Of a stretch of DNA of 64,000 nucleotides, positions 28,234-37,129 are shown one piece after another. Location: contig CAXXIA010000002.1 of NCBI GenBank assembly GCA_963666985.2, positions 2,304,001-2,368,000 on the forward strand, written 5' to 3'. A program made the position numbers and the translations under genes. Origin of the DNA: Spirochaetia bacterium. GTDB lineage: Bacteria > Spirochaetota > Spirochaetia > DSM-2461. Position 1 is the first letter of the stretch, and each line of letters begins with the position of its first letter. The notes under the pieces were generated by a model. That model did not search any database, was not told where the DNA came from, and saw only the letters and a program-made list of their open reading frames with translations.

Positions 28234-28878
28234 ATGACGCGAAAAGTCTTCTGGGACAATCCCTACCTTACAACCTTAACAACTCGGATCGCCCATGTTG
28301 ACGGATCGGATGTTTTTCTTGAAGAAACAATCTTCTTCGCGTTCTCGGGCGGTCAGGAAAGTGATGCCGGCTCCATCGCCGGGAAGTCCGTAATCCGCGC
28401 GGAAGTCCGGGACCGGGAGATTGCCTACACACTTTCGGATAACCATGGACTGAGTGCGGGAGACTCGGTTGTTATTCTGATTGACCGGGAGAGACGATAC
28501 CGCCTGATGAAGCTTCATTTTGCGGCGGAACTCGTTCTGGAAACGGTTTATCGAACTTTTCCCGGAATTGAAAAGATTGGGGCTCATATTTCGGAGCACA
28601 AAGCACGGCTGGACTTTCTCCTGAATGAGAGTATTACTCCGTATCTTCAAAAGATTTCCGATAACGTAACGGCTTTGATTCAATCGGATTATCCGATAAT
28701 AAGCGATTATGAGGACAAAGACACCGAACGAAGATACTGGAAAATCGATGGATTTGCCCAAGTCCCCTGCGGCGGAACACATCTGAAAACAACAGGAGAA
28801 ATCGGACCAATTCGACTGAAACGCAATAACATCGGAAAAGGGAAAGAACGTATTGAAATCGAATTGAGTTCGATTTGA
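28234..28878 (+). CDS. alaX: Free-standing alanyl-tRNA editing protein (AlaX-M type)
   Basis: 'FFAFSGGQESDAG', 'MKLHFAAEL', Zn motif 'PCGGTH', 'GKGKERIEI'. Confidence 0.85.
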   Translation: MTRKVFWDNPYLTTLTTRIAHVDGSDVFLEETIFFAFSGGQESDAGSIAGKSVIRAEVRDREIAYTLSDNHGLSAGDSVVILIDRERRYRLMKLHFAAELVLETVYRTFPGIEKIGAHISEHKARLDFLLNESITPYLQKISDNVTALIQSDYPIISDYEDKDTERRYWKIDGFAQVPCGGTHLKTTGEIGPIRLKRNNIGKGKERIEIELSSI

Positions 28879-29135
28879 CTTCTTTTATGAGAATTACGTT
28901 CGGTTGAGGCAATTTCATAATTCTTGAAATTGTTTATATTCGATGGCCGAAATCCCTTAAAATCGCTGATTTTAAAGCCGCTTCGGTTAATAAACCGGAT
29001 AAGAATGGGACTGAAATATCGCCGGTTCATTGAAGTCCGTTTATATGTGTTTCTATATTATGCCGTAGTTAATGGATGCAAAGTTCGATATCTTAGGAAA
29101 TAGAGAAATATTTTTATAAAACTTACCGAACTTAT

Positions 29136-30497
29136 TTAAAATGATCTCCTTAATTCTTGGGGTGATTCAATACTATAAAGTGACTGTTTGATTAAGTCTT
29201 TCCTCTTTGCGTTTCTGAGTAAGAAGAAAGCAATAATTAATGTTAAAAACTCTGCCGTTCCTACTGTATACCAGATAATCCCGTTGCCAAATATTATCGG
29301 CATAATAAATATGGCCAATGGAGTTATTAGTAGACATCTGGAGCATGCGATAATTACTGCGTATTTTGTTTGCTTGGTTGAATAGAAAAATGTCGTTGTC
29401 AGAAGATTTGCAGACATAATCATAAACGCCCAGCTGAAAGAAGTTAAGGCCTTTGTCGTTGTTTGTATCAGTAATAGATCTGAATTAAACAGCATGGTTA
29501 TGCTTTTTTTGAAAATAAAAAGGAGGGAAAAAACTGTAAAGGCGCTTGAAACGTTGATGACCATACCTGAATTGAAATAGTACTTTAAATCATTTTCATT
29601 CCGTCGGCCATAACTTTGTCCCAATAAAGGTTGCAATCCTTCAGATACACCCATAAATATACCTAAAGAGAAAGAAGTCAAATATGTTATAATGGAAAAA
29701 GCGGATACTGAAATATCTCCTATTTGACGAATTAGAATGTAATTCATACAAAGTGTCATGATTGGCATACCCATTTGTGAAATCATTTCCGGAAGACCGC
29801 GAAGAATTATTTTTTTTATAAGAGTCGAAGATATTGAAAACTGTTTAATCCGTATCCGCAATCTGCCTTTATGGTGAATAAAATGATTTATCAAGATTAA
29901 AAAGCTGATTGCCTGTCCTAATCCGGATGCTATTGCTGCTCCTTTTACACCCATCTTAAAAGGGAAAACAAAAAGCCAGTCAAAAAATATATTTATGACT
30001 GCTCCCGAAATAACAGCAGCGCTAACAAGAATGGGAGCACCATCATTCCTAACAAATCCTTGCAATATGATGTTGCATAGAAGAGGGAGCGAAAAAGCGC
30101 TTACATAGAAAAGGTATTCTTCTGTCATTTTAGAGAATGTATTATTTGCACCGCTTAATTCAGCTATCTTTTTTGCGAAAATCATTCCCATTGTCATAAA
30201 TATGATTCCCAGTAAAAAGGCCATTGTGGCTGAATGCATAAATGCATTGTTTGCACCTTCTACATCTTCTCTACCGAGGCGTATCGCAGTGACTGTAGTT
30301 CCTCCGATAGTTAGTAAAATAGCAAAGGCATTTGCCATTAGTGTAAATGGTACTGCAAGGTTGACTGCTCCTAGAGCGTCTACACCTATACCTCGGCCTA
30401 CGAATATACCATCCACTATTACGTATAAAAATGTTGTTGTGGATCCTGCTACGGTGGGTAGAATATATCGATAGAGATTTTGAGTTTGTTTTTTCAT
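29136..30497 (-). CDS. MATE family efflux transporter
   Basis: 'YVIVDGIFVG...ALGAVN', 'FVRNDGAP', 'MGVKGAAIAS', 'GLQPLLGQSYG'. Confidence 0.93.
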   Translation of the reverse strand: MKKQTQNLYRYILPTVAGSTTTFLYVIVDGIFVGRGIGVDALGAVNLAVPFTLMANAFAILLTIGGTTVTAIRLGREDVEGANNAFMHSATMAFLLGIIFMTMGMIFAKKIAELSGANNTFSKMTEEYLFYVSAFSLPLLCNIILQGFVRNDGAPILVSAAVISGAVINIFFDWLFVFPFKMGVKGAAIASGLGQAISFLILINHFIHHKGRLRIRIKQFSISSTLIKKIILRGLPEMISQMGMPIMTLCMNYILIRQIGDISVSAFSIITYLTSFSLGIFMGVSEGLQPLLGQSYGRRNENDLKYYFNSGMVINVSSAFTVFSLLFIFKKSITMLFNSDLLLIQTTTKALTSFSWAFMIMSANLLTTTFFYSTKQTKYAVIIACSRCLLITPLAIFIMPIIFGNGIIWYTVGTAEFLTLIIAFFLLRNAKRKDLIKQSLYSIESPQELRRSF

Positions 30498-30514
30498 TTA
30501 AACTTTTTTCCAAT

Positions 30515-30961
30515 TTAACAAAGATATGCAGTCTCTTCTTTGAATAGATCTAAATATTTTTTTGAATATTGAAGCATTCCGGCACGTTCTTCTTTTGTCA
30601 TTCGTTTCCATGTTTGTTCTTCCGCTTGGAAAACAGTCTCTATAAATTCACAAGAGAAATTGTATCCAGATTGTGTTATTTCTATGATTTTGCTTCTTCT
30701 GTCATTTTCTGATTCCTTGAGAATTATAAATCCATTCTTCTCAATTTCTTTAAGAGCGCTATTGACTGTTTGCTTGCTCATTGACCATTGATCGCAGATG
30801 TCTTTTTGAGTGCAGTGATTACTCATCTCGTAAATTGCATAAAGAACCCAATATCCGCTTTCCGATAGTTTGCTTCTTCTTGCCAATTTTTTATAGATTG
30901 CATCAGTTTGCTTCCAAATTGAATAGTATTCTTGCAATTGAGTATGCAGTTTATTTTGCAT
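30515..30961 (-). CDS. MarR-family transcriptional regulator
   Basis: 'CTQKDIC...SKQTVNSALKEIEKNGFI...DRRSK' winged HTH; directly upstream of the MATE gene. Confidence 0.92.
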   Translation of the reverse strand: MQNKLHTQLQEYYSIWKQTDAIYKKLARRSKLSESGYWVLYAIYEMSNHCTQKDICDQWSMSKQTVNSALKEIEKNGFIILKESENDRRSKIIEITQSGYNFSCEFIETVFQAEEQTWKRMTKEERAGMLQYSKKYLDLFKEETAYLC

Positions 30962-30962
30962 C

Positions 30963-31010
30963 TTATCTGCCTTATATTAGTCCGATATCGGACTAATATA
31001 AGGCAGATAA
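30963..31010. promoter_or_regulatory. Perfect 48-bp palindrome, probable MarR operator
   Basis: TTATCTGCCTTATATTAGTCCGAT|ATCGGACTAATATAAGGCAGATAA, no mismatch and no spacer, 1 nt from the marR start codon. Confidence 0.75.
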
Positions 31011-31180
31011 TGAAAAAATGTCAATGCGATGAATCAAAAAAATATTACTATTGGGAACTCATTGTTATATATCGGAATAGAACATGGGGAGGACCAAGTG
31101 TGTATGCTGAGCTGACATTGGCATATTATTATTGCAAATGCATGGAGGCTGGAGTTTTATTTCCTGCGAAACGATCATCT

Positions 31181-31358
31181 CTAGTCACAATGATGTGAGC
31201 CGAATGCCCCCCTCACAAAATCGTAGATTACGCTTTTGTGAGACACACAGCAGCGCAGAGCTACATACGAGGGGGGCACTATGAAGGTTAGCACGAAGGT
31301 CGGGCGGTTTGTAGTTTTGGACGTTCACGCTGAGACCATCGCGGCAGCAGGGTGTTGA
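31181..31358 (+). mobile_element. IS110-family left-end remnant: structured non-coding leader plus 25 codons of truncated transposase
   Basis: 31281-31358 translates MKVSTKVGRFVVLDVHAETIAAAGC*, resembling the DEDD recombinase N-terminus (G-L-D-V-H-x-x-T-I-A); leader has IR TGCCCCCCTC/GAGGGGGGCA covering the SD; left boundary approximate. Confidence 0.65.
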
Positions 31359-31396
31359 AATCCCCACCCCATGCCCCCTCCATGGCAAAATAACGA

Positions 31397-31564
31397 TAGC
31401 AGTCTGTTGAAAAAAAAGAGATTTGGTTCGGAGATAGCGAGCGAGACTTGCAGCTCGATGCTGCCGGAGCACAGAAAGCGCAGTGTAGTGGAGCTACATA
31501 AGCATTCCGAGCACCGCCGAACGGCCGTATACGGGCTATAAGATTCTTTTTCAACAGTCTGCTA
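31397..31564. mobile_element. MITE-like non-autonomous element, about 168 bp
   Basis: Terminal inverted repeats TAGCAGTCTGTTGAAAAA / TTTTTCAACAGTCTGCTA (1 mismatch), TA at both ends, internal hairpins, no credible ORF. Confidence 0.75.
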
Positions 31565-31600
31565 GAAACGTCTGCGGATTCTTCAAACCGATTATTTTTT

Positions 31601-32566
31601 TTAAATACCTATTCCTTCTGTAGCCGAAGGAGGACTTAACCTTTGAATCAATATGGGATGCGCTTCCTCTTCCAGATGGTATTGGGCCCACTGTGAAGGT
31701 GGGACACCTGTCTTTTTTTTGAATAATCGTGAAAAGTAATATTGATCCTCGAAAGCCAACTTATGTGCGATTTCCTTGATGCTGAGTTTTCCGATTTCAA
31801 GCAATTCCTTAGCTTTGTTAACCTTAAGGTGTAGGTAAAATTGATAGGGAGTCATCCCCGTGTACGATTTGAATACTTCTCCGAGGTATGACGTACTGAG
31901 ATGAAGTTTTCCTGCGACTTCCTCTAATTCAATATTCCCATATAGATTTTCCTGTAGAATGAATTTCGTCTTTTCTACCAGCGTATCTGAATTACGGCCG
32001 TGCTCCTGGCTTCGATCGTAACTAATAATTTCAGCAAGGAGCATTATGATATTCGCGGAAATCCTGTATTGATAATGAGGGCGCTGTTTTTCTACACGAT
32101 CAAAAATCGTATCATATAAACGCACAATAACATTATGTAATCCAATATAATATACCGGTTTTTCCGGAGAAATGACTCCTTCCGACTGAAGTGCTTCGAG
32201 GTATTCTCCCTTCACTCCCACCCAATACTCATTCCATCCGATATCATCATCCGGTTTATATGCATGTTTTACTCCGGGGAAAAGTAGCATTATCGTCCCC
32301 GGGATGACTGTATACTCCCTGCCTCTGGACACAAACCTTCCCCGGCCTTTGGTAATATAGACTATTTGATATTCGGATAAAATTCGTGATGTGGCCACAG
32401 CTTTGAACGCTTTCGGATGCTTCTCAAGATTTGGCGGATAAGATGTGCTGGCCCCGATTTCATTAGACCCTACATCCGTACAGATAAGCTGCCATTTGAG
32501 GTCATCATCCGAGTAGGTCAGGTAAGTCGAGAAATTTTTAATATCCGGCCTCCTTCTTTTCGCCAT
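31601..32566 (-). CDS. AraC-family transcriptional regulator (cupin + double HTH)
   Basis: 'YQIVYITKGRG', 'FKSYTGMTPYQF', 'FEDQYYFSRLFKKKTGVPPS'; start 32566 preferred because ATG 32614 falls in the predicted operator repeats. Confidence 0.92.
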   Translation of the reverse strand: MAKRRRPDIKNFSTYLTYSDDDLKWQLICTDVGSNEIGASTSYPPNLEKHPKAFKAVATSRILSEYQIVYITKGRGRFVSRGREYTVIPGTIMLLFPGVKHAYKPDDDIGWNEYWVGVKGEYLEALQSEGVISPEKPVYYIGLHNVIVRLYDTIFDRVEKQRPHYQYRISANIIMLLAEIISYDRSQEHGRNSDTLVEKTKFILQENLYGNIELEEVAGKLHLSTSYLGEVFKSYTGMTPYQFYLHLKVNKAKELLEIGKLSIKEIAHKLAFEDQYYFSRLFKKKTGVPPSQWAQYHLEEEAHPILIQRLSPPSATEGIGI

Positions 32567-32604
32567 TTTACAACAGGCATCTTTAAAGCTGTTGTGATTC
32601 CGTA

Positions 32605-32680
32605 AAAAATCCATTCCTTAAATAGTTCTGTCCATCATATCCAGAGAAAGTCTATGCCTGTTACGTGAAAAGTCCATTTC
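32605..32680 (+). promoter_or_regulatory. Candidate AraC-type direct-repeat binding sites
   Basis: TCCAT/TCTAT cores at 32610, 32631, 32651 and 32673 (spacing 21/20/22 nt), three preceded by A-runs, in the araC/rhaM divergent region. Confidence 0.6.
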
Positions 32681-32738
32681 TTAACGGAGAATCCCTGGAG
32701 GATAGTAGTTCTACTACGATAAAGACGGAGTCGACAAC

Positions 32739-33053
32739 ATGAATCAGGTAGCGTTTAAAATGCAGCTTAAACCCGGTTTTAAAGAAGAGTACAAGAAACG
32801 TCACGATGAAATTTGGCCTGAATTGCATGCCGCCTTGGCTGAAGCCGGTGTCTATGACTATGCAATTTATTTGGATAAAGAAACGCTGACACTTTTCGCT
32901 GTTCAGAAATTGAAGGATGGGGAGACTACCTCCGAACTTCCCGACAATCCGGTTGTTAGGAAGTGGTGGGATTATATGGCCGATATCATGGAAACCTATT
33001 CGGATAGGGCCCCGGTTTGTATCGGTCTTCAAGAAGTCTTTTACATGGAGTAG
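32739..33053 (+). CDS. rhaM: L-rhamnose mutarotase family protein
   Basis: 'AFKMQLKPG..EEYKKRHDEIWPEL', 'KWWDYMADIM', 'EVFYME'. Confidence 0.88.
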   Translation: MNQVAFKMQLKPGFKEEYKKRHDEIWPELHAALAEAGVYDYAIYLDKETLTLFAVQKLKDGETTSELPDNPVVRKWWDYMADIMETYSDRAPVCIGLQEVFYME

Positions 33054-33057
33054 GGAG

Positions 33058-34482
33058 ATGAATAAACCCGTCACCATAGGTCTATACGGAATCGGATTAG
33101 ATACATACTGGCCTCAATTCGTAGGTTTGGAAGACCGGTTGAAGGGTTATCTCGGAGAGATCGCCGATCGCCTCAATAAGGATAATATTCGAATTATTAA
33201 TGCCGGATTGGTGGACAATCCGACATCTGCCCGGGAGAAGGGGCGGATATTCAAATCGGAAAACGTTGAGATTATCGTTCTCTATATATCAACCTATGCA
33301 CTCTCCTCTACAGTTCTGCCGGTTGTACAGTCAGTGGGAGTTCCGGTGATTGTTCTGAATTTGCAACCGGTATCTCGAATTGATTATGAGTCATTCAATG
33401 CTCTTGGAGACAGAGAAAGAATGACTGGAGAATGGCTGGCGCATTGCCAAGCATGCTCCGTACCGGAAGTGGCTAACATTTTTAACCGATCGAGTATCCC
33501 TTACCACTTAATTACCGGTTATTTAAAGGAAGAGAGAGTCTGGAGAGAGGTTGATGAATGGCTGGATGCCGTTGTGGTGAAGGCCGGAATACGAGACGGG
33601 CGAATCGGTATACTCGGACATTACTACAACGGCATGCTCGATGTTTATACCGATATCACATTGATGTCGGTAGTATTCGGGACGCATTTTGAGTTGCTTG
33701 AAATGTGTGAGCTGAAAACTCTACGTGATGCTGTTTTACCTGAAGTTTTGGAAAATAAAATCCATCAGTTTCATAGGGAGTTTGAAGTATCGGATGAATG
33801 CGAATCCTCTGAGATTGAACGTGCCGCACTTACTTCCTGTGCGCTTGACGCTCTGGTTGAGAGGAATTCATTGGATGCTATGGCCTATTACTACGAAGGA
33901 TCAAGCGGAAATGATTATGAGAATATCGTTACTTCATTGATTGCCGGCAATACACTGTTGACCGCGCATAACGTCCCTATTGCGGGAGAATGCGAGATAA
34001 AGAATGTCATGGCTATGAAAATCATGGATCTGTTCGGTGTTGGAGGCTCCTTCTCGGAGCTCTATGCTATGGATTTCATTGATGACATCGTAATGTGGGG
34101 ACATGATGGTCCGGCCCATGCGGCTATAGCTGAGGATAGTGTCGGTCTCGTACCGCTTCCAGTCTATCACGGGAAGCCTGGGAAAGGGCTGTCCATACAA
34201 ATGTCGGTGAAGAACGGACCGGTTACTCTGCTAGCGGTCGTTCAGGGTTGTAAAGGGAAAACTTTTCTTCTCTGTGCCGAAGGCGAATCGGTAGTTGGGC
34301 CGGTTTTAAATATCGGCAATACCAATTCCCGATATAAATTCCCGCTATCTGCACGGGATTTCATTGAAGCTTGGTCTCTTCGGGGACCATCTCATCATTG
34401 CACCATCGGCATCGGTCATATTTCCGGCAAATTGGAAAAACTGGCATCGCTTTTAGGTATTGAGTGTATAAAAGTCTGCTGA
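33058..34482 (+). CDS. L-fucose/L-arabinose isomerase-family sugar isomerase
   Basis: 'GLDTYWPQF', metal-ligand motifs 'AGECE', 'SFSE', 'GHDGPAH', 'GPSHH'; ATG 33058 behind GGAG. Confidence 0.85.
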   Translation: MNKPVTIGLYGIGLDTYWPQFVGLEDRLKGYLGEIADRLNKDNIRIINAGLVDNPTSAREKGRIFKSENVEIIVLYISTYALSSTVLPVVQSVGVPVIVLNLQPVSRIDYESFNALGDRERMTGEWLAHCQACSVPEVANIFNRSSIPYHLITGYLKEERVWREVDEWLDAVVVKAGIRDGRIGILGHYYNGMLDVYTDITLMSVVFGTHFELLEMCELKTLRDAVLPEVLENKIHQFHREFEVSDECESSEIERAALTSCALDALVERNSLDAMAYYYEGSSGNDYENIVTSLIAGNTLLTAHNVPIAGECEIKNVMAMKIMDLFGVGGSFSELYAMDFIDDIVMWGHDGPAHAAIAEDSVGLVPLPVYHGKPGKGLSIQMSVKNGPVTLLAVVQGCKGKTFLLCAEGESVVGPVLNIGNTNSRYKFPLSARDFIEAWSLRGPSHHCTIGIGHISGKLEKLASLLGIECIKVC

Positions 34483-34549
34483 CTGCTGAAAGGTTTATCC
34501 TCCGCTTTTGCGGAGAAGGATGTGAAGGTAAATGTTCTTTAGGAGGGAC

Positions 34550-35551
34550 ATGATGAAAAAACTGAGCATGATCGTGCTGTTTCTGGTAGTGTCGGGGATG
34601 CTGTATGCCAATGGCGGCAGTGACAAAAAAGCAGATGATGAAATCATCATCGGTTTTAACAATGGTTCCACTACGGTGAATTTCCTGCGTTTGGTCGGTG
34701 AAAGTATGGAAAAAGCCGCCGCGGATTACGGGATTAAGATCCTTGTTGCCGAATCGAATTTCGAAGCTGAGAAGATTTTGCCGAATGTCGACAACATGCT
34801 GGTCCAGGGTGCGGATATCATTGTTGATTTTAATGTAAATGCAGAAATCGGCGGCAGCTTGGTTGACTATTGCGGTGAACAGGGAATACCCGTCATCGGA
34901 GTAGATGTGCTTTATACCGGAGCCGATGGAGCCGAAGGCTATTTTTTTGGCGCCAATAATCAAATGGCCGGAGAAGTGGCGGGCGGTGGCCTGGCTGATG
35001 CCGTTAAGGTGAATTGGGGGGGGGAGATCGATACTTTCCTTGCCTTTTTCAACTCGGAAAACGGCGATTTGGTCCGTCTGCGTCTTTCCGGAATGATCGA
35101 TGGAATGCGAAATGCAGGCATCAAGATTGCTGATGACCAGATTGAATGGATTGAGATGGGTGGCGGTGGATCCGATACAACATTGACGGCCAATCAGAAG
35201 ATGACCGACTGGCTGACCGCCCATCCCGATTTAAATAAAATTGCCGTGGGAACTGTTAATTGCGAAACTGGTCAAGGTGTATTCTCTGCTGTTCAGGCTG
35301 CCGGTCGCGACTCGGATGTATTCCTCGCGACCAACAACAACGGTGCTCAGACTTTGGCGGCTTTCGAGCAAGGTGAGAATATGTGGCTTGGCGGAACCGA
35401 GTACTTTCCCAATCGCTATGGTGAATACATTGTACCTATGGCTTTGGATATCCTGGCCGGTAAGGATGTACCGAGGGTTCTGACGATGGAGCATGAGTTT
35501 TTAACTCGTGATGACATTCCGGCAATCAAGGCCGCCAACGGAATCGAGTAG
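34550..35551 (+). CDS. Monosaccharide ABC transporter substrate-binding protein (RbsB-like, CUT2)
   Basis: Signal 'MLYANGG', 'GIPVIGVD', 'FFGANN..AG', 'WLTAHPD'; AGGAGG SD. Confidence 0.9.
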   Translation: MMKKLSMIVLFLVVSGMLYANGGSDKKADDEIIIGFNNGSTTVNFLRLVGESMEKAAADYGIKILVAESNFEAEKILPNVDNMLVQGADIIVDFNVNAEIGGSLVDYCGEQGIPVIGVDVLYTGADGAEGYFFGANNQMAGEVAGGGLADAVKVNWGGEIDTFLAFFNSENGDLVRLRLSGMIDGMRNAGIKIADDQIEWIEMGGGGSDTTLTANQKMTDWLTAHPDLNKIAVGTVNCETGQGVFSAVQAAGRDSDVFLATNNNGAQTLAAFEQGENMWLGGTEYFPNRYGEYIVPMALDILAGKDVPRVLTMEHEFLTRDDIPAIKAANGIE

Positions 35552-35620
35552 ATCCCTATAATCAACATCAGCACCGCTTGGATCTGTGATTCTGGGCGGT
35601 GTTTTACTTTGGAAAGTAGA

Positions 35621-37129
35621 ATGAACGACCCATACGTTCTTAGATTGAAGAACATTGTAAAAAGGTTTCCGGGTGTTCTTGCGCTGGACCGGGCAGACCT
35701 GGAAGTGGCAAGAGGCGAGGTGCTGGCAGTCATTGGCGAAAACGGTGCGGGAAAATCAACAATGATGAAAATCATTTCCGGGGCTTATCGACTAGATTCG
35801 GGAGAAATACTTCTGGAAGGTGAGCCTTTAAATCCCGCTTCGACTCCTCGAGAGCGATTGGATGCCGGTATCGCGACTATTTATCAAGAATTGACCTATC
35901 TGAATGAGATGACTATAGCCGAGAACCTCTGTATGGGAAGTATTCCCTTGAAAGGTATCTTTAAAAAAGTTGACTACTCCCGGATGTACAAGGAAGCCCG
36001 GAATTTGATGCGAACTTTCGGGCTTGAATATGAGCCCGACATGCCCGTTAAGGAGCTTACGGTAGCCGAGAAGCAGATAATTGAAATCCTCAGAGCTGTA
36101 TCGAGACAGGTGAAAGTTCTGATTATGGACGAACCGACATCGTCGCTGAATGAAATAGAGTCAGAGAGACTTTTCGAGTTCATTCGTGATCTGAAATCCA
36201 GAGATGTCTCAATAATTTTTATTTCTCATAAGCTTGAAGAAGTTTATTCCATCGCGGACCGTGTTCAGGTGATGCGTGATGGAAAAAGAGTCTGTGTCTC
36301 ACCGATTGGTGAAATCAACAGTGATGAACTGGTTACCCAAATGGTCGGACGAACCATCACCGATATGTACCCGAAAGATTCTGCTGAAATAGGTGAAGAG
36401 GTTTTACGGGTGGAGAATCTTTCTTGCCGCCGTATGAGGAATGCATCATTCAGTGTTCGGAAAGGAGAAATCCTGGGATTGTTCGGGCTGGTGGGATCGG
36501 GCCGGGTTGAGGTTATTGAGGGAATACTGGGACTGAAGAAGCCGGATTCCGGAAAAATATATATCGACGGTGTCCGAGTAGAGATTCCTGATCCGCTTGA
36601 GGCAAAGAAATATGGAATCAGTTATATACCGAGTGACAGAAAACAGGATGGCCTTGTACTGATTAATACCGTTAAGAATAACCTGACGGTTACAAAGCTG
36701 GATGAGCTGAACAAATGATTTCGGTTGGATGCTCGTGCGGAAGACGGGTATTGTCGGAAGTGGATTGAGAAATTGGGAGTGAAAACCCCTTCTGGGGATA
36801 CGGTCATCGAAACATTGAGCGGAGGCAATCAGCAAAAAATAGTAATAGCAAAATGGCTGCTGACGGAGCCAAAAATTTTGATTATGAACGATCCTACCCG
36901 TGGCATTGATGTCGGTGCCAAGGTGGAAATCTATAAAGTGATGGAAGAACTCTGTAAAGAAGGGATTTCCATCATCATGGTCTCCTCGGAGCTGCCTGAA
37001 ACCATGGGTATTACCGACAGGATGATTGTATTCGCCGATGGAAAAATCGCAGGCGAAGTGAAACGAAAAGATTATGACCAGAAAAGCCTACTTCAGATGG
37101 CCGTCGGAGGAGAAAATTATGACAAATAA
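35621..37129 (+). pseudogene. Monosaccharide ABC transporter ATPase (RbsA-like) interrupted by an in-frame TGA
   Basis: Walker A 'GENGAGKST' and 'MDEPT' in the first part, 'LSGGNQQK' and 'DPTRGIDVGAK' in the second; both ORFs share a frame and are separated only by TGA at 36716-36718. Confidence 0.88.

Noticed and set aside
31185..31554. ORFs 31185-31472 and 31288-31554 as genes
   Set aside because: They run across the MITE and IS110 remnant and are better explained as chance frames
36716..36780. Selenocysteine or genetic-code reassignment of TGA in the ABC ATPase
   Set aside because: TGA terminates many intact genes in the window, no convincing SECIS hairpin follows, and the site is not a redox Cys position
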